Positions 10,119-23,480 of a DNA stretch of 64,000 nucleotides are shown here, piece after piece. The notes under the pieces were generated by a model, which was given only the letters and a program-made list of their open reading frames with translations, was not told the DNA's origin and did no database searches. The first letter of the stretch is position 1. Each line of letters starts with the position of its first letter. Both the position numbers and the translations under genes were made by a program. This DNA comes from Euglena gracilis (taxonomy: Eukaryota), in the NCBI GenBank assembly GCA_039621445.1, contig CP154954.1, positions 10,063,521 through 10,127,520 of the forward strand, in the 5' to 3' direction.

Positions 10119-13100
10119 ATGGCTGGCCAATGGCTTCACCGGGCTATATTTTGCTGCCTTCTTCTTTGCTTCTTCGGAACATGTTATATTGAACAAGGTT
10201 GATTCCAAAATTTGTTATATTTCATTCAGATTTGACATTTTGTTGCAGTCATGCAAGGGTATTTTCCCCCCATCTGGAATTACTTTTCTGAAAGTCCAGC
10301 CGCGGATTAATGTATGAATTCCTGGATATTTTTGACAAGTTTCTAAACACAGCCATACACTGGTCACATTGTGACATTATTCTGACCTGTCGAAACAGCC
10401 ACATGCAATTTCTTGCCTTTTTGGCCAAGCTTTTAATTCACCTTTCCCCGGTCGAATATTACCCCCCCTCCCATTATTGGCCCAGGATTGGATTATTTGG
10501 ATTATTCCCCTACCCCCAAAATTTTGGGGGGGAGTTGGGTTTTGGGGTGGGCAGGGCGTCACAGCGCCCCCGGCGCCAAAGGCGCGAATGTATACCCCGC
10601 CATCATCATTTTCTGACTTTTTTTGGTGCTAGAAATTGAAGCACCTGGGTGCAGGTGCTTCAAAAGTTTGCCCACAAGTCAATGAGTGGGCGGAATTGCT
10701 GTCAACACCTGCCAATATTTGGTAATTGGATCGAAGGAAAATTCTGAAAAAGATGCTCACAAATGCTCAAGGATTGCTTTTTTGTGAAGCGTCGGAGAAG
10801 GTGATATTTTTTCAAGGATGGCATCAAATTTAAACTCCTGAGAATATTTGAACTTTGCACCAGGCTTCTTTTTAACTTAGATGACCCCCGGGGGTGCCCA
10901 TTGTGCCGCACCGAGGGAGGTGGTCCGTGGTCCATTGCGACGGAGAGCCGAAATTTCCCAAAGGACAGCTCACTGGTTCGGTGGCGGGGGACCCCCCACT
11001 TGCAAACCCCTGGGGTTTATAGGATCTAGTTTGGTTGGTTAGTTGAAGGTTTATAAGTGGGGGGTTTCCAAGTCAAGGATTTGTTGGCAAAATCCCGACT
11101 CCCCAAAATGACCCCAAAACCTCCCGAAATCCGAAATCAGCAATTTTCTGCAAATTTGGTAAAAAAATGGCACTTTTGACGAGGAAATGGATCTCAGAAA
11201 ATTGCCAAAAAATCAGTTTTTGGGCGGTTTATGGCAAAAAAGTCGTCCCTGACGGCTTTTCATTTTTCTCCCCCAGGGTGAAGGTTTGGTTGGTTGGCCC
11301 GAGGGGGGAGGTTTATAAGTGGGTGGGTTGTGGGTTTCGATGCGAGCACAGGTAATTTTTTTTGGAAATGCCCCAAAGGTGGCCCGATATTTAGGGGGGG
11401 GGATCCCGTGTGGGGTGGTCCTCCCTCCAGGGAAACTTGAATGCAGTGGGTGTGTGGAATCAACCGTGGTGCCACTCTTTCTCCTCCGATTGCATCGATA
11501 AAATTATTTTCATCTCCCCAACCATTTGTTGCAATACCACACACGATGGTAGCAGCTCCGCGCGCTTTTGTATTTTACCATATGCACCAAAGGGACGAGC
11601 GAACGCCTCCAGCAGCGGTGGCTTTGCATGGCAACCCTTATGGGATGAGTTTGAACTCGCAAAGGAAAGAGCATGTGGAGGGCGAAGTTCACCTCAGTGG
11701 TGATGTGGTGTGTCCGCCATATATGCGTATTGCCACATCCTGGTCACTTCTTGTGTAAATTTATCCAATCATGAAAAGTGGGTGGGATGCTTTGGGTGAA
11801 GAAAAAAGCCGGCACCCTGAACGTCGCCATTGTTGCAACATCCATCTTGCCTTTTTTAAAAAAAATAAGAAAGCCCCCCCTTTGTGGGGGGCCAGCGAGC
11901 CAGATAATTTGATAGGCCTGTTTTTAGAGCATCCCCCAAATTTGTCCCCCCCCAAACCTCGTTCATCCAAACCCCTTCACCTGGCGCCACATTTGTACGT
12001 CAGGGCCATGGTGGCCAATATTCAAGGGAGGCACAGCGGGGGGGGGGGGGGGGCTGAGGGGGAGAGAGAGCGGGGGGGAGGGGAGGGGGGGTCCGAGGGT
12101 GGCTGCACGGGCGGCGCGCGTCCTAAAATCGGTGATCTTTGGGTCCAAAAAGTGGTCATTTTGACCATTTTCAACCGATTTTTTGATCAAAAAATTGCTT
12201 TTTGGGCCGCGCGCAGAGCGCGCGGCCCCAAATTTGCCATTTTATGTCCAAAAATTGTCATTTTGGACCATCTTTGGGCCTCAAAAAAGTTGCGATTTCG
12301 CGATTTTTTTTTATTGGGGATGTTAGGCACAGTGGGGAGGGGGGGGGTCGAGGGGGGGGCGAGCGGCCGCGCAGGGACCTCGCGCGGGGGGGGGGTCCCG
12401 GACCCCCCGAGCGGCGCGCCTAGCCCCCAAGGACCGGGGGGGGGGGGGGGCAATTACTGCCAATAGTGCCAAGCACTCAGTTATTGGTTGAGAGCTCGTG
12501 GAGGCTTACAAGATCCAAGAAAGGGGGAAAGGACCTGCCGCTTCCCAGGTTTGGACATTTTTGGCTCTCCTCCGTGTGGGCCCCATCCGGTGGCTTGACC
12601 CCCTTGGCATGGCAAAGTGCGGACAAATCTGGTGTACCCCTTCGGTGGACTCGGCGATGGCAAAGCCGGTGCAAGGGGCACACCGGGCTTTGTCCTGAGG
12701 CCTTGGTGTGACTCTGGAAAGCCAGGAGGGGGGGGGTCGGACGCCCCCTTTGTCCTCCTCTCTTTCTTGAAAGAGATGACCCTTCTGCTTTGATATCCAT
12801 CGATGGTCCTATCCCCGTCCCAATACAATTTTTGATGGTCCCATCAAAAGAGGCAAGTGGGCAGGCTGTGCTTTGCTTTTTTGAAGATTACGTTGACCAT
12901 CTGTTGTATTTTTTTTAAGTTTTAAAAAGGCTGTTTTAGGTGCGTTGAATTCAGAACACTCCCCCTGTCTTTGGCCCCATCCTTCCATATTTCTCGATAT
13001 TTGAAAATTTCGAGAGAATGACCCCCTCCATTTGGCGAATGGTCGGGCTCCTTCAGACCTCCATTTGCAAATTTAATTTAATTACCAGCATATTTACTGG

Positions 13101-15319
13101 TAATAAATCAATTAATTAATAATTTTGGGGGCAGTTTGCTGGGGGGGGGTGTGGGGGCTCGAGGACCCCATCCTTACCCTAATTTTTTTTACTGGTGCAA
13201 AATTGGTCGATTTTTTTGCACACGGATGAAACTTTATTATTCGGCAACTTGTATAAAGTTTTTTGAAATGGCCTTTTTTTGCAGGTTTTTAAACGCTTTT
13301 CGTGGCTTTGCAAAATTTGGCAGTCTTGTTCCGCAGGCGAATAAGCCAATTGGGGGAGGGGGGTGAGGGTATACATTTGGGGAGAGCTGATGCAGAGGTT
13401 GTTGTCCCAATCCCTCTCCAAATCCAGCTTGCCATTGGTGTTAATGGGATGACATTAATCTTTTTTTCCACCCTCACCTTTGTTCTATTATTCCCACATT
13501 TTCCCAGAAATGCCCGCCAAAGAATCTTTCGGGATTCTGTTAGTGAGAATTATATGAAATGCAATGAAAATTTCAAAGAAAATTCAATGAAAATTGCAGT
13601 TTCAACCGTTCGTGTTGGGGTCCGGATCCCCGACCTGCCAAGGGCTAGCCCAGGGGTTAGCCAGGAGCCTCTCGGGTTCTCCTCCGGCATGCATTATTTT
13701 TTCCCACTCAGCACCCCCTCCCACCCTTGCCCCCTCCCCAGTTGATCCCAGGTGTGGTGCTGGCCGTGGGCGTGCTCCTCACCTTCCTCATTGCGAAATT
13801 GCAACAGTATGGCAGCCGCTCCAGCCTGGAGACCCAAGAGCATCGGGAGATGGAGGCGCTGATGATGGCAGCTGCCACAGGTGGCTGCGTTCTGCTTGCT
13901 TACTTCCCCAACCCAGAAGTTTTAATTTGTTTTTTCACCATCATTGCTTAGCCAGCGATTTTATTCTTTGATATCTTCAATGAAGAATGCTACTCAGAAA
14001 TACCATAATGATCCGTCAACAAAAAACTCGATACTTGGTTCTTTTATCATCATTTCACATTGAAATCAACCTTTGCTGCTTGACTCTGAAAGAAACTTGA
14101 AACACAGTACAAATGACCGAGGAAAAACGTTCAAGAAATATTAAATTGAACAGACACCATTTTGTACTGTGAAACAGGTCCTCCAGATACTTTTTTATTT
14201 GGCTGTTGCTTTTTTAAAATCAACTTTGCAATTACCCTCACCCCCCCCATTTGGCCATGCTTCAGACCCGCCATTACCAATTGGGGGGGGGGGGGGGGCT
14301 TGAGGACCCCTACCCCAATTTTTTCCCTGTGCAAAATTGTCGATTTTTTTTGTGCAGGGCTGGATTCGTCGTAATTTTTTCTTATCCAGCAACTTTGAGA
14401 TTTCGAAAAAGACGTTTCTGTTTTTTTTTTGAGCCCTTTTTGCGGCCGTGCCAAAATTGGCCTGACTTGTCCTGGAGGCCAATGGCAAACAGGGGAGGGG
14501 TGTGAGCACCCCATTTCCTTGGTGTACTCAAGCTGAACAAATGCACCCAACTCATCTGGGTTCAGAAACGATTCCAATTCGTTCTATTTTGTTTCTTTCT
14601 CTTTCTCAGGCGAAATTGAGGAAGACGGTCAACGGTCGTTTGTATTTCCAAAGGTTTGCTTCCATGCTGGTGTCAAAAATGACAACAACAGCCCACCAAC
14701 AACATCAGACACAGCATTTAATACATGTTTTCAACTAGATTACAGTTATTGTTTTCTGTGACTGTAAGGTGAGTTTGAAAACTCGCCTTACAACCCTCAT
14801 GTATCATTTATTCTGGTAATTTGAAAACTCACTTTACAACCCTCATACATTGTTGATTCTAGTTGTTTGAAAAATCACCTTACAACTCTCAAGGCACGCA
14901 GTGACGATGTGTTATATGTGTTAGGTAGGGAGTTTATGATGAAGATGATAGTATTGCAAATTTTCCCTCCATATTTCGTCAATGTTCGGTCGAATGTGCT
15001 GGACTGCCCTGGAGGCTGTTATTTGGATTATTGGCCGAAGTTTATGATTTGGGGGGGGGGTGTTAATTAGGAGGGGACTCCCATCACCATCATCATCATC
15101 ATCGGCGGCGGCAGCGTCGTCGTCATCGTCTTTGTCGTCGTCGTCGTCGTCGTCGTCATCATCATCATCATCGTCATCGTCATCGTCATCATCATCATCA
15201 TCATCATCATCATCACCACCACCACCACCACCACCACCACCACCACCACCACCACCACCACCACCACCACCACCACCACCACCACCACCACCACCACCAC
15301 CACCACCACCACCACCACC

Positions 15320-15373
<54 letters not shown>

Positions 15374-18300
15374 GTCATCATCATCATCATCACTGTAGGA
15401 TCATATTTGAGGGTTAAACCCCCCCAGTTTGACCCCCCCCCCCCGGGTTAGTATTCGGTCGCACTGCGGAGCCTTTGTTTGACTTCGGCCAAAGGGCGGC
15501 TGAGGTCGGTCTGGGGATTGAACGGGGTCGAAAAGAAAGAGTGACTTTTGACGTAATGGGTGGATGGCCGATGGTCCAAGGATGCCAGGAATAAACTTTT
15601 TTCCCTGGTCAACTCAAACCTCAAACGAGGCAATTTTTTTGGGAATGATTTCAAAATAAGTGGATCTGTGCTGGTTGTGTTCTATCGTGGGTGTTCCTCT
15701 GTGACTGGTGTTGGGATCCCCCTCCCATAACCTCATTGGGCTCTTCTTCGGCCTCTTTTTTTATTTATTATTATTTACTGTTTGTTTGTTTATTTATTTA
15801 TTATTGTTATTTTTTGATTTTTTTTTGCCGCTGATGCTTAATTCAATGTAATTTTTTTGTGCTTTCCAATTTTCAGGTTTTATAAAGTTTAATTTTTTGG
15901 GATTCCCATATTGGTGCTAAAATCCTATTTTGATTTGTGGGTGTTCCTTATTTGAGATTCTTGTTTGCAATATAGATTTGGCACTTCCTAAAATAATTCA
16001 GTCACCCAAGATGCAGTTTCCGCTTCACCTTCCCGTTATCCCCCCCCATCTGTGCCAACCGCTCATATGCCAATGGTGTCTAGCACTTTCTTTTCCCAGG
16101 ATCTACCAGTTCCGGCCTTCACATGCCAGTGGCCTCGGGTATTGTCGTTCGCCACGACTCCATTCATTATGGGTCTCTGTGCCCCCCAGGAGACAGCTTT
16201 AATTGTCTCTTCATTTTCATATGGTGTTTTGAGTTTTATGAAACCAGTCGCTTGGCGTGCTGCTGCCTGAATTCATGAATATCTTAATGATCGATGCAGG
16301 GGGAGGAATACAGAAAGTTTTGTGTGCCTTTTTGCTCTTTTCGATTTTGTCAATTTTCTGTATTTTCCAGTATTTCTTGCATTTACTTTACCAGGCTTTT
16401 TTCAATCTCTGCTAAAAGTTTTTTGACGCAAACAATTCTGCATTCTGGACCTGAGTGCCATTTAGACCAATTTTTTGCCTTTTTTGCCATTTTTTTTTGG
16501 CCATGCTGTACTATTTTAGAATTAACATGCTCCCAAAATTACAACACCATATTCGTGATATTTTTTTGAAACAAACAGACCCGCCAAATCGCAAAAAAAA
16601 AGAGGATGGGACCCCCCCCCCAGGGCCACCCGCCTGGGAAACCCCCCCCCCCCCGTGATCCAGCCCCGGACCCACCCACCCCCCCCGGGGGGGGGGTCTT
16701 CTGATTAAAAAGAAGCCTGATCAGGGAGACACAACATAGACCTTCAGAAACCTTAAACACCACAAAAAAAAAACGAATAATGCAAATTAAAAAACCAGAA
16801 ATGGAAGGTTGTGGGGAACACCCCTCCCCTGGGGGTTTTGAAAGAAGCCTGCCCCTGATTGATGTGCTGTGTGGAACCAGAAATCATTTTAATGTGCAAA
16901 CGCGGCAGAGAGTTCTGACCCAAAAAGTTGTGCATCGGGCCGGCATGTTAGGGTCCAGAATATGCAGTCTTAGAAGCGATTTCTTTATTTCTCATCTTCT
17001 GGATTTTATTATTATTATAACCTGGACCCAAACAATTGCCGAATTCTACTATATTCTGTCTTATTTTATTTTTTGCGTCGCATTTTGGTGTAGTCCACGT
17101 CACCATCCCACCCATGAATGTTCTGAAAAGTGCTCTGTGAACCCACCCACAGAAAAACGGAGGTAGAGAGTCTTCCACTGCAAAGCAAAGTTGAGATGAT
17201 GGCTGAAGTGACACTGTTTTGTTGCAGTGGTTGCCTCCTGACGTCATGCTTGTGCAGCTCATCTTCCATGTGCCAGTTCTGGGCTCAAGCAGAGGTTGGA
17301 CAGAGCTCTTTTTTTTTTTGCTCACGGATGCGTTGGAAACCTCGTGGGGGAAGAAGAGCCTGCCTGGAGCCTTTCCTATCCTGGGCGAATTTGTCTTTTA
17401 TCCTGGGCGATTTTTTTTTTGCTGTCCAGCCACCCGAAGGATGGTTGGACTGAATAGTTTTGTTTTTCTGTCAATTTTTGGTGATCTGGGACACAAAGCC
17501 ATGGTTTCAATTGCCAAAAAGCATTTGTTCTAATTGACTGGAAGTGGATTTTGTGGCGACGAAAAGCAACTTTTCATAACTTAGAAATTGCACCTTTGCC
17601 CTCTCATTTGCAGAAGCTTTTTGTTTCATTCGTGGAAGCACGCACGTCTTTGGATGCACATAAAAATACAGTCCATTCCAGAACAACCTTTGCCACTCCC
17701 ATCCGAATGACGCCAATGCAGATCACAGTGCCTGGCAGAATATGTCCAACCTTTGTCTGTGGCGTTTCATTTGGACTTGGAGGTCTCCAAGCTGGCATTG
17801 CTGTGGGCGATCCCCTGGATCTCCATCTCCATTCTTCCTGTGGAGAAAATCCCGGGGCTGGAAATACTCCAGGTGTACTCCCTGCCTGGTTTGCTGAAGG
17901 ATTCCCCACAACGGACTCTCAAGTTCAGGCTGCCGGAGGGGGGTCCTGCAACCCTCGACGTGTGGTGAGTAGACCCCCCTCCTGGTTAGGGGGTTCCCCA
18001 GACAGAGTGGTTGGAGGGTCTGACCTCCTGGATGGGGGGGGGGTGGCAAACCCACCCGCCCTGCTGCATTCCTGAACGACACCACCGTGCAGGTGTGGAA
18101 AGAGATGATGCATCGTCATCGTTTGACATGGTGGTGCTCTGAAACAAATCTGATCAAGCAGATCCTTCCTTGACTCACCATGGTGCCAGAAAAATAATGG
18201 AGAAGGGTGAAACAAACGGAGTGTATGGCCCAATTTTTTTTTGGAATCAGGGTGGAGAGGGCTTCCCTTCAGGCGGTGGGGGGATTCAGAAATGAATGCG

Positions 18301-21300
18301 GTGGTTGGTGAGCAACACAATCATTCGGGGTGCACTATCACTCAGGAGATCCATCAGGTGGGCAAGTTCATCAACATGATCCTGCTGGGGCTGGAAAAGA
18401 GTTTGCGTACCTTGCCCCACACAGCGATGGACGATCTCAAGGCAAGGGTTCTCATCCTCTGCCGTGGATAAGCCAAATAAAAGAGAAAGCTATGAGAATC
18501 TAAAGAATTGACCCGAAGGCCCTGCCTCCTGCACCTATCGCACTGGTCCATTCCAAAATGGCCCTGATGCACCGGGCTTGGTGCTGATGGACACATAGAA
18601 CCAACATGGGGTGATACCTGGGGTGATCACAAAGTGCTCTCTTCCCCAAATCTGCACATTGGGTTGCTTTGCAGACAATCCACACACTTGTTCATGTGTG
18701 CATACTCACGTGTGTATGTGTGCATGTATGTACGTGTGCACGTTTGCATGTGTGTATGTGGGTAAGAATTTATGAATGGATGGATGGATGAATGCATGGA
18801 TGGATGGATGGGTGGATGGGTGAATGGATGGATGGATGGATGGATGGATGGATGGATGGGTGGGTGGGTGGGTGGATGGATGGATGGATGGGTGGGTGGG
18901 TGGATGGATGGATGGATGGATGCGTTCTTTTCAAATAATACAATAAAGAAACGGGTTTTCAATTTTTTGAAAAGTAATGCCTTTTCCACTAACCCGAAAA
19001 TTGGATCGGCCGGCGCTGGCCCCAGATTGTGCTGGCCTCGTTTGTGTTGTCCGTCATGGCGGCGGTGGGGGAGGAGCTGCTGTTCCGCGGGGCCATCCAG
19101 GGCGGGCTGCGCCCATGCCGCCTCCCGAGGGACGACCCAGTGGTTCCTGGTTCCTTCTCCGGTGGGCTTTCTGAGCGTGACTCCCCTTGAGCATCATCCC
19201 GCCCTCGAACTCTCACCCTCCAAAGCCAACCCGCAGATAAACCTCCAAATTGTGGATCATATTATAAACTCCCTCCCCCGAATAACCTTGCAGGCCCTTG
19301 CCCCTGGCAGTAGAGGGGCGAACCCCGAGGACCAGTGGTTCATTCTGCTTGTTCTGATGTTTCGGCTGGAGGAACCGTTTTTTTCATTTTTTTTTTTACG
19401 ACACCTATCCTCCCAACAATAGAATTATTTTCTCCCTGCCCTTCCTCCTCTTGGTCCAGCTTGGATGGGTAACACCAGGGGGGTGACTGACAGAAGCCAA
19501 AGTGCATCTAAGGGGGTGACTGACTGGTTTTTTCAGGCCAGAGCCCCCCCCCCCCGGCCCCAAAAACGAAACAGTGGCTGGCCTAGCGCCGGAATTTTTT
19601 TGGATTTTTTGAGACTTTTTGGAAGTATTGCCTTGCCAACATGAGCACATTCAAGAGTGGCCGATCCCCCCCGGGGGGGGGTAAAGTGACTGACTTGTTT
19701 TTTTGGGAAAAAGTGACTGACTGGTTTTTTTTTTCAGAGTGGAAAGTGACCGGGGGTCCCTAAGCAATGGTATGGTCCAGAATGGGCATTATCGAGCAAA
19801 TATTTCCCGTTTTGTACCCAGCCAGGACCCATATTCTCACCTCTCGGGGTGCGACTGTAGGTGGAGGCACGCCAAACAAAAGGCAGCAACTGGGGGGGGT
19901 TAGGAGCTTGGGGACCGGGTTAACTAAATGTTTCCCCAAATTTCCTTCAACGCCACATCGTTCTAACCCACAATTGTGGGATCTTGGGAGCGGCCCTCTG
20001 GGGTGTGCTTTGGCAGCCAGCCACGACAAGGAGCGGGTGGTGGCATGCCGGTAGCAATTGTTGACGTTCCTCGGCGCTAACCCCACTGCCACCGGAGCTG
20101 TTCCACTCCAGTGCCCCCCTGTGGTCGGTTGTCTGGATTGATTTCGAGAAACATGGCGACAAGCACAATTGCTAAAATAGCCGGGAAAATCATAACGTTT
20201 TGAACTCTTTTGCTAAAATAGCCGGGAAAATCATAACGTTTTGAACTCTTTTCAAAAATGGCCGAGAAACTTTTTTCCATGTGCGTTGACAAATTATTGT
20301 GGACATTGCAACGCAGTGTCGCAGCTAGAACATGTGAAAGATGAAATAATGCTCCACCGAACGTTCCGTGCAGCTGACATTTTTCTTTGTTATTGAAAAG
20401 TTCCATCCAGGATGCGAGTGATGTGATTGATGAGGTTTATCAGTGATCGACAAGAGACCCAAGACAAGACAAGACAAGACAAGACAAGACCGTGATATAT
20501 TTATTTATGTTTATATCAAAGAATATGATAAAATGTATTTTTTTTTCAACATTATCTGTCTGGTCCCAACTGTAACAGGATTCGGCTTCGTCTCAAAAGG
20601 GGGAGTGGGTCACTGAGGACCACAGCCACGCACCACCGTTTTTTGCCAGAAACTTTTGCACAGCGCGACAGAGACAGAGACAGTGGCCCATACTGGGAGG
20701 TGCTTTTTTTCAGAGTGACTGGTTTTTGGCCTGGATCCCCTCCCCCCTGGGGGGAGGTAGTCGGCAAAAATCATAAAGTGACCCGGTGTCGAGTCACCCA
20801 CTGCCCCCCCGGGGGGGGGGAGTTGGCCACCCTGGAATCCAAGGGAAAGTTCACCACAAACATGAAAATAAAATGGACATCCAGTGCCTCGGTGACTGGC
20901 AGGTGTTTGTATGAGTGAAAGTGATCTCCTCCCCCGGCCCGGGGGGGGGGGGGGGTTGGTAAAAATTTCATGCACTGGCCCCCGATTATGGTCAGCAGCC
21001 TGCTGTTCGGGATCGTCCACAACTACACCAACAGCCCGATCTATGCGGTGCTGGTCACGCACCTATAAAAATGACCAAGCGTGACTGGGGTGTCCAAGTT
21101 TGAGATTTTGGATGACCCTAGGTGCGTGCTGCTGGTCACGCTGGGCGGAATGGCGTTCGGTGGGTCCTTCCTGACAACGGACAACCTCGCGGTGCCTATG
21201 GTGTCTCATTTCCTGCTCAGGGTGTCCATCTGCCTTGCAAGGCTTCAGTTTATTTGGTATGCCCATACAACCCAAATTGTTTCTCCTTCTGGCTCACAAT

Positions 21301-21974
21301 TCTTGTGGTAAAGTGTGATTGTGGTAAATTGTAATTTGTGGTAAAGTGTGATTTCAAAGATACATTCGCTTCAATGGGAGAGGAGAGTGATTTGCTTCTA
21401 TGTGTGATGAAGGTTTTAAACGTGTCTTTTCATGTAGCATACTGTATTTCTCATAAATTGTGCAATTCTTGCTCCGCCCGCCCTTACCTGAGAAGGAACC
21501 CCTGGGACATTTTTTTTTCCAGTATGTATTTATAGGCACATATGTATTTCAGGCACAGGAATTGTTTTGGGACCCGGAGGAGAGCAGCGCCACGTCCGGA
21601 GCCCCAATTGCTTCAAATTCGAACAAAGAAATGCCCTTTTCTCTCCAAGTACGTCACACATTTGTCTTTTGATCCCGGAAGGGTGTTGCCGTCTGCCATT
21701 CTGTCTCCACGCTCCTCCTTTCCTGCCCTAAATTCCTGACACGGCCAACAATCCGCAACACTGTGAGCTCAGTTTTGTCCCCCCCCCCCCCGACGCCCTG
21801 GCCCCAGTCAACTTCATCGGCTTCCTCTGGGGCTACACGGTCGTCTGCTGGCTGGACTCCCCCGAGGAGCAGTCCCGCACCTGGAACGGCACCGCCCCCC
21901 TGATCCGCACTCTGCGCCGGCGGTACCACAAGGAACAGGGCCGGGCAGCCGCCGCGGACACCCCCGAACCCTGA
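10119..21974 (+). CDS. CPBP/Abi-family (type II CAAX) intramembrane protease with a Euglena-type plastid presequence; ~14 exons: 10119-10193, 11471-11707, 12481-12573(?), 13742-13880, 14610-14653, 16100-16183, 17246-17286, 17761-17872, 18346-~18387, ~18994-19110, 20053-20104, 20984-21052, 21134-21214, 21806-21974
   Basis: The spliced product carries the CPBP motifs [17 protein letters not shown] and PMVSHFLVN. All joins keep frame using GT-AG or paired +4/-6 junctions. The first three exons are less certain. Confidence 0.88.
10194..11470 (+). other. Nonconventional intron
   Basis: GGTTGATTCCA (from +4) pairs perfectly with TGGAATCAACC (ending -6). In-frame join YIE|ATL. Confidence 0.75.
15082..15392. 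repeat. Compound microsatellite (CGT/CAT)n-(CCA)n-(CAT)n inside GT-AG intron 14654-16099
   Basis: Seen directly; pure CAC/CCA run at ~15213-15333. Confidence 0.97.
16184..17245 (+). other. Nonconventional intron
   Basis: CAGGAG at +4 pairs with CTCCTG ending -6. In-frame join GLCA|MLVQ. Confidence 0.8.
17287..17760 (+). other. Nonconventional intron
   Basis: CAGAGGTTGGACA pairs with TGTCCAACCTTTG. In-frame join VLGS|AFHL. Confidence 0.85.
18774..18921. repeat. (TGGA/TGGG)n microsatellite, intronic
   Basis: Seen directly. Confidence 0.95.
19111..20052 (+). other. Nonconventional intron
   Basis: CATGCCGCCTCCCG pairs with CGGGTGGTGGCATG; C|G...T|A junction; join GGLQ|QLL. Confidence 0.85.
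20105..20983 (+). other. Nonconventional intron
   Basis: CCAGTGC pairs with GCACTGG. Join GAVP|IMVSS. Confidence 0.8.
21053..21133 (+). other. 81-nt nonconventional intron with direct repeats at both junctions
   Basis: CACGCACCTA/TAGGTGCGTG form a perfect 10-bp stem. In-frame stops inside require its removal. Confidence 0.9.
21215..21805 (+). other. Nonconventional intron (consensus RNN-CAG...CTG-NNNNY)
   Basis: GCT-CAGGGTGTC ... GACGCCCTG-GCCCC. Removal restores the H-x-x-x-N motif SHFL|VN. Confidence 0.92.
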
Positions 21975-22475
21975 TCAGCCTCTGGCGCGCGGCCATCGTC
22001 CTTCCCGTCCTCAAACCTCCCCCCCCCCAAATGGCGGCGTCGTGGACGATATCTGCACCCGCGGCGCTGCCTCGCGCTTCGATGCACGTTGCGGGCGTTA
22101 ATGCGTCTCCCGCAAATGGTCACTTTTGAGCGAATCCCATCCCCGAACCCTGGAGTCTCACACCTGACCGACCGTTGGGAGCCGGACTCACCTGGCTTTC
22201 TGTACACTATCCATGGCGGCGGGCGATCGTGGGGGGGGCGGTGGGGGAGAGAAGGGAAAGAAAACGGAGGGGTGCGAAAAAAAAAGAAAGGAGAAATGGT
22301 AAGAAGGGAAAGAATAAGAAAGACAAGAGGAGAGAAGAAGGGTGCTAAGAAGAAGAAGGCAGAAGAAGTACACCATCCATGCTGCGTTTCGACTCCTACG
22401 ACGACATCCAGTCTGTGGGCCCCAAACCCCCCTCCTCCTCCTGGCCTCTTCAATAACTCCTCATCCTCCTCCTCT

Positions 22476-23446
22476 ATGGCTCCGGACCGTCCTGGAGAGG
22501 GACAGCCAGCACCATTTTCCGGCCGGAACTCCCAAATAATGTCCCCCCCACACTTCTCACAGAATGCCACAGAAAAAAATGATTTTTCTGGGAAAAAATA
22601 CTCTGTGGAAGTTTTACATAATTTCTTCTATGATCGGATTGAATACGGATGAGAAATACCAAATTGCAAAAGAATTGCACCTACCATGGGTTTTGATGGT
22701 GTTCAACATAGATGCAATCATTTTGCGTTCAAATTTTTATGCCCATGTTTTTACGAAAAATGTTGCTAAATACTACCCCCCCCCCCCCGAAGGTTGACTT
22801 CAGCTGCCCAAATGATATCCATTATTTGGGGGCGGGGGTTCGGGGTTCCCTGATGCCGGAGAGGACCCCCACCAGGGGTGGGGGTCTAGCCAGCCAACAC
22901 CTTGTTCCAGTCAGCCCACCCCCCTTGGGGTCCGCTGAAATTTGCCGAGCTGGAGTTGTGAGCTGGCTGCTGGGTATTCTTTCCAAAATATCCAGAGTTG
23001 GCCGAACACGTGGCGTTTTTGAGGGCTTATGGGGTTTCACCTCAAAACCTTTGGCTGACAAATCCCAACCCAGCTGGCTTGGGACGTTTTTACCTGTTTT
23101 GGCGTCCAGCCAGGTTCAGCTGCCAGTCGGACCCCCCCCCCCTCTAGAGGGGGTCCAGCCAGCACCTTTCCAAGCCGGCCTGCCGGACCCCCCAGGAGGT
23201 TTTAAGAACAACCCCTGGTCCCGAGACGTCTCTGCCTTCCCCAGCCATGCGTCCTCCATGTTCCCCCATGCTGCCGTCCTCCTCCTTGCACTCTTCCTGC
23301 TGTCTCTCCTGCTGTTCGCCAACCAGGGCGGGACCTCGCTGTCTGCTCCTCGAGCCCCCGCTGTCCCTCCGCTCCGCGTGACACATGGCAGTCCTACGTC
23401 GCTGCAGAGCCAGGCAGCCCACAGCTATACAGTTATGCAGTGGCTG

Positions 23447-23480
<34 letters not shown>

